Origin: Xylella taiwanensis
GTDB taxonomy: Bacteria > Pseudomonadota > Gammaproteobacteria > Xanthomonadales > Xanthomonadaceae
Direction: 5' to 3'
Assembly (NCBI RefSeq): GCF_013177435.1
Contig: NZ_CP053627.1
Span: forward strand, 2,640,001-2,672,000
DNA: 32,000 bases
The notes below the pieces were generated by a model, which did not search any database, was not told the DNA's origin, and was given only the letters and a program-made list of their open reading frames with translations. Shown piece after piece: positions 29,129 to 32,000 of the stretch (position 1 is its first letter; every line of letters starts with the position of its first letter). A program made the translations under genes and the position numbers.

Positions 29129-29631
29129 ACCGCAGTGCTCAATGTTTATGAGTCACTGTCATTTGCAGTGAGTAACGCGAGACCACCTTCTTACGCTTGC
29201 AACGGATACAGCAAAAGCATTAGATCGGCAACGGGATCGCTTTGCGATTCAACATACACTGCTCTGACTCCACATCGTGCAACGATATTGCTCCAGCACG
29301 GCTGACCATCGAAAGCTTAATAGCGCTCTGCTTCCAAACTGTATTCATCACCCTGTTTTTCTGACTCTCCCCATCTGTCGCAGATACAGATCCTCATGTG
29401 GCTGACAACACATTAGAGCGGCTCACAACAGCCTGCAAAGTTCCGAATAGCAGACTGGATAGCAGCACGTGCTCCATACCAACAAAGTCAGGCGGGTATC
29501 TTGCATCGGCATGACCTTGTTCAAATAGTTTTTTAACGGCTTTCAGGGACTCCATCGGATGAGCACAACAAGCAATAGATACAGTGTGCTTTTTAAAAAC
29601 TGCGGCAATATATCCGAATCATTCGAAGTGC

Positions 29632-29660
29632 TTGTCAATATTTTAGAATCCCCGTACGAT
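29632..29660 (+). promoter_or_regulatory. Candidate sigma-70 promoter of tRNA-Pro
   Basis: TTGTCA (29632-29637), a 17-nt spacer and TACGAT (29655-29660) lie 13 nt upstream of the tRNA 5' end. Confidence 0.35.
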
Positions 29661-29673
29661 TGAATGCTTACTT

Positions 29674-29750
<77 letters not shown>

Positions 29751-29929
29751 ACGGCCAGAACAGCGCAAAAGCTCCTGGATTCACAGTATGAGCCAGCAGA
29801 TTCTTAGCATTGCGCTTATTTCCAGATGACGAGTGTCACGCCTCCATCATTAAAGCCAATATGGAAGTAATCGCGTGAGCCAACACCAACACGCATTACA
29901 TAGAGAAAGCCAAAGCATTTTCCGAGGTT

Positions 29930-29955
29930 GAAAGGGTGGATGCCTTTCTTTTTTC
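29930..29955 (+). terminator. Orphan intrinsic-terminator-like hairpin about 180 nt downstream of the tRNA
   Basis: GAAAGG-GTGGATG-CCTTTC is followed by TTTTTTC. No ORF ends here. Confidence 0.4.
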
Positions 29956-30448
29956 TTGTGCACAGCGTTATATGGAAACGCCAAACCAGTCGTCAGATAC
30001 GGCTCATTAAATCAATAAAATCCAACCAACGTTCGCCATCTACACGTGCATGACGCTCCACGCCGCACCAACTTGCACACTCTAATCTTGGCGGCCGCCA
30101 ACCTCAACATTGCCTGCGAAATAAAACTTGATTTTTCCCTGCATCCTTCTTTGCCTGAACACCATTCTTCAAGCTGACTCATGACCGATATTCAGTTCAC
30201 TACAACATGGGCCATTTAGATCTACCGACATCCATGTTCACCAAGCCAGCAGGCAAGATCCACTCACCTACCCACCAAACAACGCAGCGCCATCGACACT
30301 CAGCACTTTCATGTCGATGACGGCCACACTCACACGGGAAGATATTCCTGTGGTGATCCCGATCAATCCGCCAGCGCTCATTAATATCAGCGAACGACGC
30401 GCCGATCCGTGAAAGCAACACGGCTAGGTGGATCAACAGCAACATGAA

Positions 30449-30483
30449 CTCAGTAGAGCGCACCGATTCAAATCCTGTCTCCA
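30449..30483 (+). repeat. tRNA-derived remnant / imperfect direct repeat of the tRNA-Pro 3' end
   Basis: GATTCAAATCCTGTCTCC (30465-30482) matches GGTTCGAATCCTGTCTCC (29726-29743) at 16 of 18 positions. It is preceded by CTCAGTAGAGCGC, which resembles the tRNA D arm. No complete cloverleaf can be drawn. Confidence 0.5.
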
Positions 30484-30772
30484 CACCCCACTCCGGCAGT
30501 TAAGCAAACGGATTCGAAGACATTCAATCAATGCTGCAAACTGACCCCGTCATCACCATCGATTTAACAACACTAAGGGATAAACGCGGGTTTCCTATCG
30601 ATGTTGTATAGCAACGCCTCACCCTACATGCGCCACGTACCCATTCAACAACACAAACAGCAGCAGCATTAAATAGCGAGGTTATTTCAACCTCTATGAC
30701 TCACACCTGCCCGGTTCATCTTGAACAACCGGGACATGAAAGCCCTGCAATACACCCACCTTGATCACTTAC

Positions 30773-32000
30773 TCATTCAACCCATCGATCGCAGGTCGCA
30801 GTATCGGTGACATTGACAGCGCATACGTAACGCGACAACCACACCGTGAAAGTCGCGCCCTTGCCAAGTCCCGGGCTGGTCGCACCAACATGGCCACCAT
30901 GCATGTCCACCAGATTCTGCACAATCGCCAACCCCAGACCAAGCCCACCGTGGCAACGTGTCGTCGTACCGTCAGCCTGACGGAACCGGCTGAATAAGTG
31001 CGGTACAAATTCGGCAGCGATACCATCACCAGAATCAGTCACCGATACTCGAAAACAGTCACCATCCGTATGGATCTCCACATCAATGGAGCCATAGTTT
31101 GGAGTGAATTTGATCGCGTTGGACAGCAAATTTTCGAATACCTGCCGCAAACGCGTTGCATCGCCCAACACCAAGCACGGTATCTCCGGCGCTCTCAGAA
31201 GCAACGTTTGACCCTTACTCTCGGCAAGCTGCTCATGCGACCCAATCACCTCTCGGATCTGCTCCACTAAATCCAGCACCTCTACTTCCAACTGCATCTT
31301 GCCTAGGAGCATGCTGCTCAGATCTAGCATGTCCGAGATCAAACGCTTTTGAACCTTGGCGCTGCTGGCAATGACCGACAACCCTTTATAGCTGGGATGA
31401 TGCTCATCAATGCGCTGCAGCAGTAGTTCACTCCAACCCAGGATCGTCGTTAACGGGGTACGTAACTCGTGCGAGAGCGTGGACAGAAACTCATCCTTCA
31501 ACCGCGCCATATTCTCAGCTTCGTTACGCGCAGTGCGTTCGGATTTGAGCAACTGCTCACGCGCCAGCTCGATCTCGCGACGCTCGGTCACATCCGGGCT
31601 GGTCCCCGTCAGACCGATAAATTGACCATCGTGCGAGTAACGCGGCGTGGCGCTCATCTCAATCCAACGCCATTGCCCGTCGTAACGGCGTGCCCGTACC
31701 AACGTACGCAGGGCGCTCTGTTTCTTCAGTGCTGCACTCAACTTGAACTCGAATATCAGCACATCCTCCGGATGCAACACCGCATCCCAACCTGGAACCG
31801 TGCCACTGGTCAGATCGACACCGAAGAATTCTCCATAAGCCGTATTGACGAACCGCATGACGCCCTGTGCATCGAATACCCACACGGGCATCGGCAACCC
31901 ATCCGCCAGAATGTTGAAACGCAACTCGCTCTCAGCCAACCGACGTTCCATGCGCTTGTGCTCGGTGATATCCATAAACAGGACCCCCACCAACCGCTCG
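30773..32000 (-). CDS. PAS-domain sensor histidine kinase (N-terminus beyond window)
   Basis: Present are the H-box LSHELRTPL, N-box NLLSNAIKFT, G1 DSGDGI and G2 GGLGLGLAIV. PAS-like repeats lie upstream. The frame is open to the window edge. Confidence 0.88.
   Translation of the reverse strand, partial: ERLVGVLFMDITEHKRMERRLAESELRFNILADGLPMPVWVFDAQGVMRFVNTAYGEFFGVDLTSGTVPGWDAVLHPEDVLIFEFKLSAALKKQSALRTLVRARRYDGQWRWIEMSATPRYSHDGQFIGLTGTSPDVTERREIELAREQLLKSERTARNEAENMARLKDEFLSTLSHELRTPLTTILGWSELLLQRIDEHHPSYKGLSVIASSAKVQKRLISDMLDLSSMLLGKMQLEVEVLDLVEQIREVIGSHEQLAESKGQTLLLRAPEIPCLVLGDATRLRQVFENLLSNAIKFTPNYGSIDVEIHTDGDCFRVSVTDSGDGIAAEFVPHLFSRFRQADGTTTRCHGGLGLGLAIVQNLVDMHGGHVGATSPGLGKGATFTVWLSRYVCAVNVTDTATCDRWVE

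Noticed and set aside
29091-29673. rpoS is missing downstream of nlpD.
   Set aside because: To my knowledge the absence of rpoS is normal for Xanthomonadales-type genomes. It is not evidence of deletion here.
30200-30484. A 94-aa minus-strand ORF that starts inside the tRNA-like remnant.
   Set aside because: Its start lies in the tRNA-derived repeat, its sequence is Cys/Arg/Trp-rich and implausible, and it has no integrase or other motifs.

Overview
This is a housekeeping chromosomal segment from a gammaproteobacterium of roughly 50-55% G+C. The gene content and order look Xanthomonadaceae/Xylella-like: surE-pcm-DedA-nlpD with no rpoS, metX-metB behind a SAM-I-type leader, aceF plus a lipoyl-domain-bearing lpd but no aceE, and metNIQ, OmpW and CzcD. 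I cannot verify that assignment without a database search. I call 21 protein genes with recognisable motifs (two are cut by the window edges), one tRNA-Pro(CGG), one SAM-I-type riboswitch and a few terminators or hairpins. I see no CRISPR array, no transposase, integrase or reverse-transcriptase ORF, and no toxin-antitoxin-like or nuclease/ATPase gene pair. So I find no convincing new multi-gene system here. What is unusual is the architecture. By my calls only about 20 kb of 32 kb (about 63%) is coding. Nine spacers of 0.5-2.4 kb carry no credible ORF, and several are strongly A+C-rich on the + strand. They contain frame-broken ORF relics, a tRNA-derived repeat, an orphan terminator, a 13-bp inverted repeat and a MerR-type operator with no regulator gene nearby. 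These, plus the met riboswitch with its competing helices, are the places worth a second look.
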